From the NCBI GenBank assembly GCA_026026165.1, contig JAPEUD010000043.1:186001-214656 (forward strand): 28,656 bases of DNA, in the 5' to 3' direction. This DNA is from Sarea resinae (lineage: Eukaryota). Within the stretch, counting starts at the first letter, position 1. Every line of letters starts with the position of its first letter. A program made the translations under genes and the position numbers. The notes beneath the pieces were generated by a model. That model did not search any database, was not told the DNA's origin, and worked only from the letters and a program-made list of their open reading frames with translations. Below, in pieces: positions 8,646 through 23,241 of this stretch.

Positions 8646-11600
8646 TCACATCAAACATCCATTCTTCCGGCTCGAATGCAACTCGCTCATGCCGACTCTA
8701 ACACGCTTCGTCCTCTCCGCAGCCCCGGCTCCGGTCCCTTCTCCACGCCCGCGCGACTCTCTGTTCTTGCGATCGCCACGAAGCGCCGCGTATCCTAGCG
8801 TCGGACTCGAGACATTCGGCTGGTTGGCCGCGGGTCTGGAATCCTTTCTCGGCGGATGCTGACTGTGACGGTGGGGGTAATCGGTATCATTGGATGGGTC
8901 AGAAGAGGAGTCAGGGGATGAAGAGGGGGGCGCTCGAGGCTGGGCTGAGATCGACGTCGAGGTGGCATTGTTGATATTGGAGGTAGGGAGAACGGCAAAG
9001 GCTTCGACGAGCCATTCGTACCACACTTTTCGCTCGTCCGTCATGCGCCAGATGGTAATGTCTAGGTCCGTGTTATCTGGGAAGGCGAGGGGGGTCTTTT
9101 GTTGTCATTATACCGATTAGCCTGCATACCCGATGTGACTAATAAAGTACCACTAGAAAGTACAGCGAAGGCGGAGCTGGAAGTGATGTAACGTGGGAGG
9201 CGGAATGGAATGTGACACAGGATAAGATGAGAAGAGATACATACCTTCAAGGGGAAGAAAATGGGAAACCAAGAAATCATATCCCGACTCTTACTCGCCA
9301 TGGTATTCGGGTTCGTGCTCAGCTCCACGTCGTCATAAAGCACTGTCTCGAAGTACCCGGCTAGCCCATGGCAGACGCCGCGGTCTGCACAGCGAAAGCG
9401 CAGACGTGCATAGCGGGTATTATGGCTGTTGTCCGGTGGGTCCTCGATATTGGGCGCGTGTGGGTTCGGATGCGAGAACTCCCAGGCGGTTTGGATGACA
9501 GGGGTAGCGGTTGTATTGGGTGGGTTTGACGACGTGCAGGTGGTTGTGTTGGCCATTGACATTGACTCTCGTGCTGCCGCCGAAGAAGGCATGGGCAGAG
9601 TGGATAGGAAATCAATCGCGTGAAGCATGACCACATAGGGGGTTTCTGGCGCGGCTGCATCAACGGGGATGCGGGCGGAGATGTCGGCGTGGAGTTTAGG
9701 GGCGGAGATTGGAGTAAGATGGGCAGTGTAGGAGGCGGGGATGCTGATTCCATGGGTAGGGTGGACGACGTGTTGAGCGCCGTCGAGACATTCGGGTGAT
9801 AGTTCATTGTCTGCGAAGGATCCTAGGAGTTCGGATATCAGGATGTCGACCGTCGTGTGAGTTGTGGTGGAAGTAGTGGCTCTCTCTGACGGGGGTGCTG
9901 CACCGCCCTCGAGTACGGAAGTGGTCATGGTGGGACCTTTCCATGACCGCATGTCTGATTTGACGACTGTAACTTGGCTGTTCCAATCTTGTAGATTGTG
10001 TCGCTGGAGGAGGACGTAGGCGTTTGGATTCTTCTCCACAGCCCACATGTCGATTTCCACCCCTGTTGAAGCGCTGGCTTTTAATGCACGAGTGACCAAA
10101 GGCCCCCTGCCCGCACCGACGACAGCAACGACAACTTTTCCGTCAGGACGCGAGGTAGCTTTGCCTTGCTGGGCCCAATCGCTTAGGGCTCGGGCGATGG
10201 CTCTCTCGTACCAATCATATTTGACGGGATCTTTTTCGAAGACCTCGTAAGTGATGCTCTCGAGGTTATCGGTCAGTGGTTGCAAAGGGGCCTGGAGATA
10301 ATCCTGGTACCCGGAACCGAAACGCTCGATTGTTGACCGAGGCGGCTGGTTACGCTGAAGATGCCGAATATAGCTCAGATGTGGGGTTGGATCTTTAGAC
10401 TTCTTTCCCGGGTGAGAGTAGCGCTGACTCTGTGACGCTGCAGCTTCAGCGGGCGTAGGTGATGGCGAACCTGCCCGGGCATCAGCAGCAGCGCTAGGGC
10501 TGAGAAAGCCGTCCGCCGAGGGAACGGGGTTGCCATTGAGATCTTCCACCCCGGGAATAGGGCCCACATCGCAGAGGAGGAGCCAAGGAGGATTTTTGAG
10601 CCGCATGTAGCGCGATATGAGTGCCTGGTGGCTTTTGCTGAGGACAGGATAGCCTTTGCTATTCTTCAGGAAGGTGCTGGCATCTATGGAGAGGAGGCGG
10701 AGGGGCTCGGAGTACCATCTGGATTGGACTGATATGGGTGGAAGATGGCGGGGAAGGGATAATGCTATTAGTTAAGGCACTGTCAGCAATAGGTCGATGT
10801 CGCCCCATGATGAGCAGGCAGACAAGGGAATGGATTATTCGGCGGATCAGATTGGCCTGTTGGAAAGGTATAGGGAAGCCAGGAACAAGAGAAAGCTCGG
10901 CGGAACGGAATGTGCCACTCAAGGTAAAGAACAGAATAGAGATATTCTTCGACAGTTCTATGTTCTTACCTACGGATAGCCTGGCATTGTATTTACACAC
11001 TGTTCGGATGACATTCCAAGCATCCCAAGTCCCAAATAGATCTGCCTTCCGTCTTGGCTCTTCATCTGCTTCCGTCATGAATTGCTCCCTTGCAAATGGT
11101 GCCAAGCTACCCATTTCCCCGTCTGCATCATGATCCGGATGATCAATCATTGGCAGAAGGATCTGAATCTGCAAATAAGGTCCGATGCTCAGGGCCTCCT
11201 GAATCGCTCGCGCATACTGAGCGATTCCATCCCCATCGTTTTCGCTTCCATGATGAAGTCTCGGTCCAGCAACGATCAGATTGCCGACACCACAGAAGGC
11301 TGCATAGGCAGTTTCCAAATTTAAGACCTGCTGGGATAGATTCGCGATGAGCGGGTCCGGTGACGCGAGATCGATCCATGAACTCGCAAACGCGAGGAGC
11401 TGCGAGATGGTCTCACAAGGAGTCAGAGGCGTATCTGTCGGTGTCAGTGGCGGTATCGTAGGAGCAGGCGGCTCGACAGAAGTGCCGCCAAGAGTGCTCT
11501 TCGACTCGTAAAGGCTCGGTTGAAGCTTGGACAGATGAGCAGAGAGTAGAGTGAGGACTCTGGAGTGGAAATGGGGGGAAGTGATTGGCGTCGTCAGCAT

Positions 11601-11791
11601 ATCATACTAGAAGGAAGTCAATGGTCTGCCCGACATCCAAGAAGGTCATGGCAAATTCCTACGTTGTATTCGTGAGCCTGCTTCAGGACTTCAGCCGTGA
11701 CGGGTATGGTCCGTTTGCTGGCATGCTGGCCGACGCAGAAGAGAGGCATATAATCGTCGGCGGGCGGAGATGTCTCCATCTCCATCTCCAT
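8646..11791 (-). CDS. PRMT5: Type II protein arginine N-methyltransferase PRMT5/Skb1/Hsl7; exons 11791-11663, 11606-10970, 10764-9245, 9095-8646
   Basis: YQDYLQAPLQPLTDNLESITYEVFEKDPVKY, VVGAGRGPLV, AVEKNPNA, ISELLGSFADNELSPECLDG, SWFPIFFPLK, KVWYEW. N-terminal TIM-barrel motifs (SSWIDL, WDAWNVIR). Three GT-AG introns join the ORF pieces in frame. Confidence 0.95.
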
Positions 11792-12322
11792 GACGCCGAC
11801 GGAGAAAAAGCGTGGTGACGCGGATAGCTACGCGTGGGCTCTGAGTGAGGGCAAGTGGTGTCCGGCGCAATCCAGCGCACGCGAAAACACAGCGGGAATC
11901 CAACGATCAGCGTCGGTCAGTGTGCCATGGTCGGATCACACGTTGGAAGGGAACAGATGGCGGAGATGGTCATGAAGACGATGAAGGGGATGCCACGAGT
12001 CTTGAATCGTGAATCGAGGGTGAACATCCCCATGGATGTCAAGAAGAGGCAGGCCGGCACGCAAGGCAGGTGCTACTGCGCAGGTGTGCACAGGGTCCGA
12101 GGGGTCGAAGTCACAGGGCAGTCGTAGCCGACCCATCCCACTCGCAACGGCTACACTTGCCCGTCCATCTGGTCACTTCTCGACTACTCAAGCATCACTC
12201 GAAATACTTTCTTCTTTGCCTCGCCATCGAGACTCCAGAATTGACAAGATCGCGATTCCATTCCCCTCGACTCAACACGCCCTTCGAACAGTACAATCAG
12301 CCCCCGTCAGGGCCACTGATAC

Positions 12323-14927
<2,605 letters not shown>

Positions 14928-14993
14928 TGATGATGATGGGTGATAGGTGATGATGATGACGGTGGTGGAGATAGATAGATAGATGGAGGGTTA

Positions 14994-15093
14994 GATGGAT
15001 GGATGGATGGATGGATGGATGGATGGATGGATGGATGGATGGATGGATGGATGGATGGATGGATGGATGGATGGATGGATGGATGGATGGATG
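14994..15093 (+). repeat. Perfect tetranucleotide microsatellite (GATG)25, preceded by short (TGA)n and (AGAT)n tracts
   Basis: Directly visible, just downstream of the PRP43 stop codon. Confidence 0.98.
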
Positions 15094-15592
15094 ACTGGAT
15101 GCGCATGGGAAGGCGTGGGACAGCAAGGGAAAGAAAGGGACAGCAAGGGACACGAAAGGCAAGGACAGAAAGGCTGGGGAAAAAGGAGATCACCCATGTA
15201 TCCATCCATCCATCTACTAAATAAAACCTAAATCCCGCACCTAATCCCAATCCTTCCCTCTCGCTCTGTTTACCCAAAGAAAAAAAAATCAGAAAGTTTT
15301 CATGCTCTAGAATTTTTTCTAGCCTACCCTAAGACTCCGTATACCCACCGATATCTTTGCGTCGCGGCAGTGTCGTATTGTATCGTATTGTGTTAGAAGG
15401 TCATGCCATGTCCTGTATTAATCATGTCGACATCAACAACAGTCACACACATATCAAATCCAGCAGAGCCTTCATCCTCGTCTCTACTTTCGTCTATTCT
15501 CGTTTTCAATCTTTTGTGCATTTGTCCCAGGAGCTTTTCTACTTAATACGTCTACCACGCACTACGGTATAGGAATAACTATTTTTTTCCCC

Positions 15593-18500
15593 CTAAAAGG
15601 CCTCGCTGACGACCTTCCCAGCCACCATGGTAACGGGCTCGACGACGCCGCCGCCGCCATCTCGTCTCGGCTTATTACTCGTCGTCGTCGTGCTCCCCGA
15701 GCTTCCCGCGCTGCCCGTGCTGCCCGTATTTCCGGTGAGGCCCTTTCGGATCGCGAGGACGGTGTCGACGATGACGGCGTCGATGCCTTCTTTGACTTGC
15801 AGCTAGATGAGGACATGTCAGTCCCGGTTCCTTTTCGAAATCAAGGAAAAGAGCGTCGAAGCAAAAACTCACCTTGACCTTTTCGGGATCGTTGTTCAGC
15901 GTGCCGTAACTGACGCAAACCAAGCCGGACTCCTTGACGACCCGGACGAGTCGCGGACAAAGCACCAGCGGTTCCGCGGCCGAGACCACGCCCAGGAGAT
16001 TCCAGCGCGATGCGAACCGGATGGCTTCCTGGAGACTGCTGGCGCGGATGTCGCCGACGGGAGAAGTGCCGGCGTCGGTGAGAAAGAGGATCGGAATGGA
16101 CGGCTGCTTGAACGAGAGCAAGAGGCAGATGTCCGGGTTGAAGCTCGAGAAGATGATGTTGCGCTTCTTGCCCAGGTCGTAGACTTTGGTCAGGACGGTG
16201 TCGACGAAAGAGTTGAGCTCGACGGCATAGGTGTCCATTTCCTGCTCTTCGCTTTCGTGGAGCATTGGGTATTCTGTATGCGTCATTAGCAAAGAGAGCA
16301 AATACTCACGTTTGACGGTATCAACTTACTCATCTCAATGTTGAATCCAATCGACTGCGGCAGCTTTTTGAACATCTCCTCCAGAGTCGTAAACGGGGCC
16401 TGAATGAAATTTCCTCGGCTGTTTCCCTTGTATCCTTTCATCTTGAAGTCGCGAGTATGCTTCATCCGCTCGCTCATGTCCGCCACCGTCTCATTATGAC
16501 TATGACCCACCGATAGCGACCGATGTTTTCGTTGTGCGTTGGAAGTATTGACTTCTTTTCTCGCCGAGTCTCTCCAGTGATTCGGAGACCCTGGACGAGA
16601 TGACTTTGGCGTATGGCTGTCGCTAACGTGTAAGAACTGTTCCAGAGTGAGGGTATGAACTGGGGCATCGATGCCCGTCTCGCTGACGAGAAAGTCGTGG
16701 TAAATGACCGGTACATGGTCCTTGGTCAGCTGGACATCAAACTCAACGTATGACGCTCCAAGGTTGGCGGCAGCGATGAAAGACTGAAGGGTATTCTCCC
16801 CCAGCTGCAGAGATTTACGCGCCGCAAAATTCTTGCCTAAACCTCGGTGTCCAATGACCATTGTCGATGCCATACTCTTCCAATACGTCTGCTTCTCGGT
16901 AATGGACATATTCGGGTGAGAGAAGGGCGTTATGATCAAGAAGTTGAAGTTGACGCATCCAATGACTTCCAGAGTATGCGCTGCCACAATTGGAACACTG
17001 ACATCGCCCTGCAGAGTGATACGGTTGGATCCGATGCTTGGTTTTACGCTCGATAGCAGCGCTACAGCACGGCCGACCAATTTGTCTTTCGATCCAGCGT
17101 AAGTCGGGATGATATCAAAGAGCAATTTGACTTTTGCAGGATCAGAGGTGGTAAAGATAACGGCTTCTGTACTGATGTTATCGTGCACAGGCAGGTCAAT
17201 AACTGAAGGTTCGCCGCTGGCACCGGTCGCCGACACCACCAGAGAAAGTGCAGTGTCGAGTTGAGTCGAGTGAGCATTGGCGAGGGGGATTTGGTCAAGC
17301 TTGACGGCTTCCGTCGCCTTTCTGATATCCATAGTCCCGAGGCTGACCAATACCATGCTTTCGTCTGCTAGATAACGATGACCAAACGTTTTGACGGGTT
17401 CCGCAGTCCGGACAGGGACGCTTCCAGGGAGATAGCCGTTAGATTTCCTGTCTTCGAGGGAGGACGAGCCCGGGGGAGAGGATGATTGAGTCGTGGTAGT
17501 ACTTTCTGAATCAGATAACTCTGGCACCGACATCATGTCGGCTAGTCTCTGGGCAATCTCGATATGCCCACGCAAAGCAGCATGTTCTTTGGGTGTCCAG
17601 CCAGAGAGATCAGACTTCCCGATGTCGGCACCAGCTTCGATCAAAAGCTCCACGATCCCGAGGTGACCATCGACACATGCCACGAACAATGGTGTCCAAG
17701 CGAATGTCTTTTCCGTCAACTCGGTGTCGGCTTTCTGATTTTCGGAACCCTCGAGGAGGACTTTCGCACACGCCTGGTGATCGAAGCGAGCGGCCACATG
17801 GAGCGCAGTCTCTCCCTGCTCATCTTGATAATTGATGTCGACTCCCGCATCAACTAACAATTTAACGATGGCGACAAAATTGGACTTGGTAGCAAGAGCA
17901 AGTACAGCACTCGACTTGGATACGCCCTTTCGGCGAAATTGCTTCTCTTCATCCTCGCCCCTCCAGTTTTCGGCATCGAGAAGCGTCTTCGTGGTTCGAG
18001 GATGCCCACCAATGACGCTCAAATGCAAAGGCGCCCATCCTTCGTGATCCTGCCAGGGGATGGAATCAATGCCTGCGCTCACGTCGAACTGACCCCAGTC
18101 CTGCATGTGCCTGATGATGATCTGGCAAATAACGACCGACCCGAATTGAGCCGCATAATGTAACGGCATGCGCCCGTACGTATCCTTGGCCTGTAGTGCC
18201 GGCCTCTGACGGGGACGCAGTGCTCCCAGGAGATATTGTAAGAAGATGACCACTTCATCGTTCATGCCTAGCATTTGAGACCCGTCCTGTTCTTTCCTCG
18301 AGGGAGGTGGTGGGGCCAACATTGGTGAAGCAGCCGGGACTATGTAATTAGCCTTCTCCTCCGGAATGGACAGTCGAGAGTCCGGCTCTTGCTCGGGGAC
18401 GCCGACAGATTTCAGTCGGCCGATGGAAATGATCAGTCGGTGAATGCAATTTCGCTTGCTGATGTCGTCTTCTTCGTCTAGAGTGGTGATCTGGTCCAGT

Positions 18501-19343
18501 AATTTGTTGATACAGGCTCTGGAGCGACAGGAGATAGCACGTTGTAAGAGGTTTAGTAATAGTTTCTGAAATACGGACTCCTTCGTTTCGTCATTGCCTG
18601 GGTTCGCCTCCATCAGAAGCTCTGCGAGGATTGAGGCATCATCGTTGCGTATCGCTCGGTCAACAGTATCGAGGAGTCCGGATGGTAAGCTTAGGATAGC
18701 CTTTGATGAGACCCTTCGCAGCGACGAAGACGAACGCACTGAGCGATTATCGTCGACTGGATTGGCGTCCCCGAGCGTCGAAAGCCAGTCGTTGATCTTC
18801 TTCATCGCATTCGAGAGACCAATATTGGTCGCAAAGGGCTTCGGATCAACCTTGGACTGGAGATACCTGGTTTGGGCACAGACGTTCGGGAGCTTCTTAT
18901 CCAGCTTCTTCGTGATCTTGGTGAAACCTCTCCTGTTGACCTCTCCGTACCACTGGAGCTTGCGCAACTGACCACGAAGCTCGAGCAAAGCTCCCATGAG
19001 GTCCTCGACCTCGTCTCTGTCGAGACCATCTGGGATTCCCGCAAAAATGCCATAGCGATCCTGAAGAAGTTTCAGCCGTCTCGCCGAGTCGGCGAACTTT
19101 TTATTGTAGAAATGGTCTACATCTTCCAGGTTTCGATCCAATGAATAGAAGAAGCCTGGGCGATGTTTAGCAAGTCTCTTGGCGGAATCTTCCGGAGCCG
19201 CACTCACCAGCCAGATCAGCATCGCCTCCATTCTTGGTGTGCTCTGTAGCCGACTTGATGAGCTTTTTCAAGCCCTTGTAATTTATGTAAAACGAGGCCC
19301 ACTCGGGGACCTGGTTGCGCGGTAGATTATGTCCAAACTTCAT
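15593..19343 (-). CDS. GDE1: Glycerophosphocholine phosphodiesterase Gde1 (SPX + ankyrin + GDPD); exons 19343-19208, 19155-16330, 16273-15873, 15802-15593
   Basis: SPX start MKFGHNLPRNQVPEWASFYINYKGLKKLIK. Ankyrin repeats (GRMPLHYAA, GETALHVAA, WTPLFVAC). GDPD motifs VIGHRGLG, ENTLQSF, VEFDVQLTKD, FNIEMKYP, IIFSSFNPD, GIDAVIVD. Confidence 0.95.
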
Positions 19344-20910
19344 CTTGATGAATACCCTTCAATTTACCTTGGGTGATGCCAATATTTTGAGTCGAAAGAG
19401 AGGCTGAGTGCTACGATCAGTCCATGAGGGCCATGGTTAGAGACGTAACCGCACGCGGCAGGATGATGAAAAGAAAGAAGAAGAGATTGCGAGCGCCATC
19501 GATGAAATAAGATGGTCTTCTATCCTCCTGGTGGAGACGAGTTCAAGGGAGAGGGAGCTGGAACGAGAATGGCGGGAAGGTACCATGAGCAACCTTCATG
19601 ATTATCATCGAGTCTGAGATGATGGATTTTGGGTAGTGAAATGGGTATGGTATGGATGGAGTATGGAGTACTCTACTATTATGGGGAAGAGTGTGGTCGC
19701 GATACGGGCTCCTGTTGGCCAGTTCGCAAGAGGCCAGCGCGCCAAGACGATTCCAGCGATTAAGTACCGACGACGAGTCTCAATGTCCGAGAACGCTCTC
19801 GAGCACGGCACGACGACAAAGCACTCCGGAAAGTCCCCCATCAGAAGCGGGGGCATGATATCGGCCATTGACATATAATTTATCATTTTTGAAGCGTTGC
19901 TCCATTCGTGTCAGCTGGAGGTCCACATCGATTACGGATGGGGAGCCACTCGGCCTTGTTAGCCCGAGCGGCGAGGAGATGCCTGCCGTGTGCACACCGT
20001 CTCTTACTCGATCTCGTTGATCCGATAGACTGATGCGGCTGTCTCTCATCGGATCCATAAGAGGGTGCTACTTGATTGGATTCCTGGTCCTGCATCCGAC
20101 GCTATTCAATATCTACGTAAGAATCACTCGGCCTCAGACTATCACCATGTATCGTAATATCGACCTTGATTGTGATTCGAGTTTACAGATCACAATGTGT
20201 TCTAGGGTGTCTGATCACAAGAAACAAGTTATTCACCTTCCATTTGCTGAGAGGAAATAGATCTAGTGACTCGAGAAGCTTGGTTTCATTGCTTAGGCGA
20301 TTGATTTGATGAAGAAGCAATATAGATTTGAAGCAATCTTGGTAGAATTATAGGGTCAACGTTCTATTTGTCTTTAGTCTACAGCAATCTAGAACGTATC
20401 GCAAATACAAGGTAGCTGACCCAACGCTGCTCGTCTCGATATATTGTAATACGGGGTGATTCAGCGAAGTTGCGTTACGATGAAGAAGAACCCATTTGAG
20501 AAAAGCTATCAATTGTCATCGGAAACAATCAAACATATCCAGCTGTCAGGCGCTCTAGCTCCACTGCAACAACATCGAACCAGTATAGTTAGTAGAGAAA
20601 AAAACAACTTTGGTCAGTTTAAAGCGAGACCGAAAGAAATAGCAGACACTAGAGTATATGCCTTTGCCATTGATATTTAGCATAGCATAAGTAGGGGGGA
20701 GAACACTTTCTGTTCTATTCCAGTAGAACATTCCAAACGAATGCCAGTCAAGCCCCTCTCTAGATGCCTCCAGATCCCATCCCTCCTGGCTGTTGACAAA
20801 GACCACATTCGCTGTGCTAGCCGGTAGTGCTAGCTAACGTATGCTAGGGTGGCGCCTCTCGAGCCTAGAAGGGCTTCCTCCTCTGACTGCACCCGTCCAA
20901 TGACGATGAT

Positions 20911-21602
20911 TTACTGTTCGATTGCGTGAAGATAAGCTGCTACGTCCTTGCTAAAAATACAGTCTTTGACAAGTTGATCAGCTGACTCGACGATCCACGT
21001 CTGGCAATTCCTCTGCGTGATTTTCTTGCCGATGCCTTTTGCCTCGGCCGTGACCTAGAAGATTGTTAAGATTAGCTGATTTGTTTAGGCAACAGGCAAT
21101 AGGGTGCCGGATTTTGAGCACATACGTTATCGTTGACCGCAGTCAGAGTCTTTCCAGGGACCCTGACCTTATATGCACTGGCCTCAAAAACGCAGACAGG
21201 CGCAGTGTCGAGTTTTGGTTTTCCATTGTTGAACATGGCTTTCTCGTCAAAATACTCCTGACTAACCCACTGCAGCTGTATTCTCTTCGTTGGACGGTTG
21301 TTGGTGTCGCGAAAGTCATGGCTGCGTTTGACCTGGAAGTTGAAGCCGTTCATCACATCGCCAATAGCGTGAATCTGAACGCCAACGTGAGGGCTACCAT
21401 TTGAGCGCACAAAGTATGCCCAGTGATCCTTAAAGGGAGCGCCATCGAAGATCAGCAACTCGACCAGGAAAGCACCTGCAGGACCCGTTGCGGCCACGAA
21501 TGGCGGCTTGGCAGCAGGAGGAGGAATGGAAGCCCCCTTGACAGGTGGTGGAAGTGGAGGCGGCGGAGGAGCGGCGCGGGCTTTGGATGAAGAAGTATGC
21601 AT
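20911..21602 (-). CDS. Conserved fungal hypothetical protein with Pro-rich N-terminus and HW...NCQ motifs (DUF6540-like/permuted papain-like); exons 21602-21126, 21054-20911
   Basis: KDHWAYFV..IHAIGDV..GF in exon 1. Intron 21125-21055 (GTATGT..CTAAT..TAG). Exon 2 reads VTAEAKGIGKKITQRNCQTWIVESADQLVKDCIFSKDVAAYLHAIEQ*. Confidence 0.75.
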
Positions 21603-22268
21603 TATATTGGATTTATTGAATTCGGCTTGCTAATATTGCAATCGAAAAGGATGTCGAGCCAGTCAGAAAACAACGATCTTATAGCTAGATGGAGGCATAG
21701 AAAATGGTATGATCCCCCCCTCCCTATGCGATCCTTTTTGAGCGCGAAGTGAAGCAATATGCTTCACTCATCACCTCCACATTCAGCGGACATCTTTCAG
21801 CGGTTAAAGAGATTGAATGAAGCAGACAACCTTGCGAGACCATAATATGTGCAATCCAATGTGACTCGTCACCGCATATCAAAACGGGGCGGCGCTGTAA
21901 GGAAGGAGGCAGTTAGTCAGCAGGTTAAGCGACCGGAGTCAAGGATTCACTTCAAGCAAGGAACCACGTTCCCTCTTCTGTCATTAGCCGGACATCATCA
22001 TGCATTCACCCCAGCAATAATGAGATATAATCAATCGATTCAAGTCAGGAATAGATTCGGTCTATGAGCTAATCAGAAGAGCCTTTTTCCCGCTTACGGA
22101 GTATATCCGTCAAAACATTCACTTAGCGAGGTCAGCCAGGCCGCGTTAGGAGATAAGATGCATGGAAAAGAGTCGACCGATCATTTGCCCCGCCTGCTAC
22201 ATCTGATACCATCCGCGGATATAGAAATTGAGTACTGGCGTAGAGAAACCTGATACCCCTTCCAAGCG

Positions 22269-23165
22269 ATGAAGACCTTTCTCGAATCCAGCTTCTTCAG
22301 GGAGAATCGAGGGACTACGCTTCCAACGCCGTCCGAAATCAGAGCCATCAACAAGAAGTCAGTCGATCCATGTCAGATAACCTTCTATCGCCCACCACCC
22401 GTCAAAATTCCATCTTTGGGCCTCTTTGTGAAGTACGGATCCGATGTAACTGTTGTCGAGGCCCAGACTCAAATGATGTTGCGCGAGCGCCTAAAAGGCC
22501 AAGTACCCATCCCTGAGGTCTTTGGCTGGGCCGAGGATGGGGGCCAGGTGTTCATTTATATGGCATTAATTGAGGGCGAGACCTTGCAGGAGAGATGGAG
22601 TGACATGAACGAAGATGAGAGACAATCTGTCTGTGAGGGACTCAAACACATGGTGAAGGCTTGGAGGGCTTTGGAGCAAGACGGTCATGGCCGTTATATT
22701 GGTAAGTTTTATTAGCTTCATTACTTAAACAGAACTAAACGATGATTTATAGGTAGTCTGGGTAGGCAACCGTTAAACGAAAATTTTTTTTTCGGCCGCC
22801 CAGAACTCGCTGGGCCGTTCCAAGGCCCAAATGCTGTCCAGCAGTTCCAAGATGTTTGTGGAATTGAGATCGCTAAGGAAGCGCCCATTGCGTTCACACA
22901 TGACGATCTTGTCGCGCCCAATATCCTTTTGTCGCCGGGGCCGAATCCGAGAGTGGCAGCGATCATTGACTGGGGCCAGGCTGGCTGGTATCCCGCTTAT
23001 TGGGAGTATTGCAAGGCGCGACTAGTGCATCTGAATCCAGAATCCTTCAGTGATGCTCTGCAAGAAGAATGGCGCACGAAATATTTGCCGAAGATTCTGC
23101 ATCCAGAGGATGATGAATCCATCTACTACCCTTGGCTTTATTTTTATTTGTCCAAAGGCATCTAG
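22269..23165 (+). CDS. Aminoglycoside phosphotransferase (APH)/choline kinase-like protein; exons 22269-22701, 22753-23165
   Basis: LFVKYG, VPIPEVFGW, YMALIEG, Brenner motif FTHDDLVAPNILL, IIDWGQAGWYPAYWEY. Intron 22702-22752 (GTAAGT..TAG) restores the frame. Start codon uncertain. Confidence 0.85.
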
Positions 23166-23209
23166 TCCTGTCAAAATTCTGCAATGTTCGATGTTACATC
23201 ATGGGACCA

Positions 23210-23241
<32 letters not shown>
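23210..23241 (+). repeat. Poly(G)32 homopolymer
   Basis: Directly visible, 45 bp after the APH stop. Confidence 0.95.
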
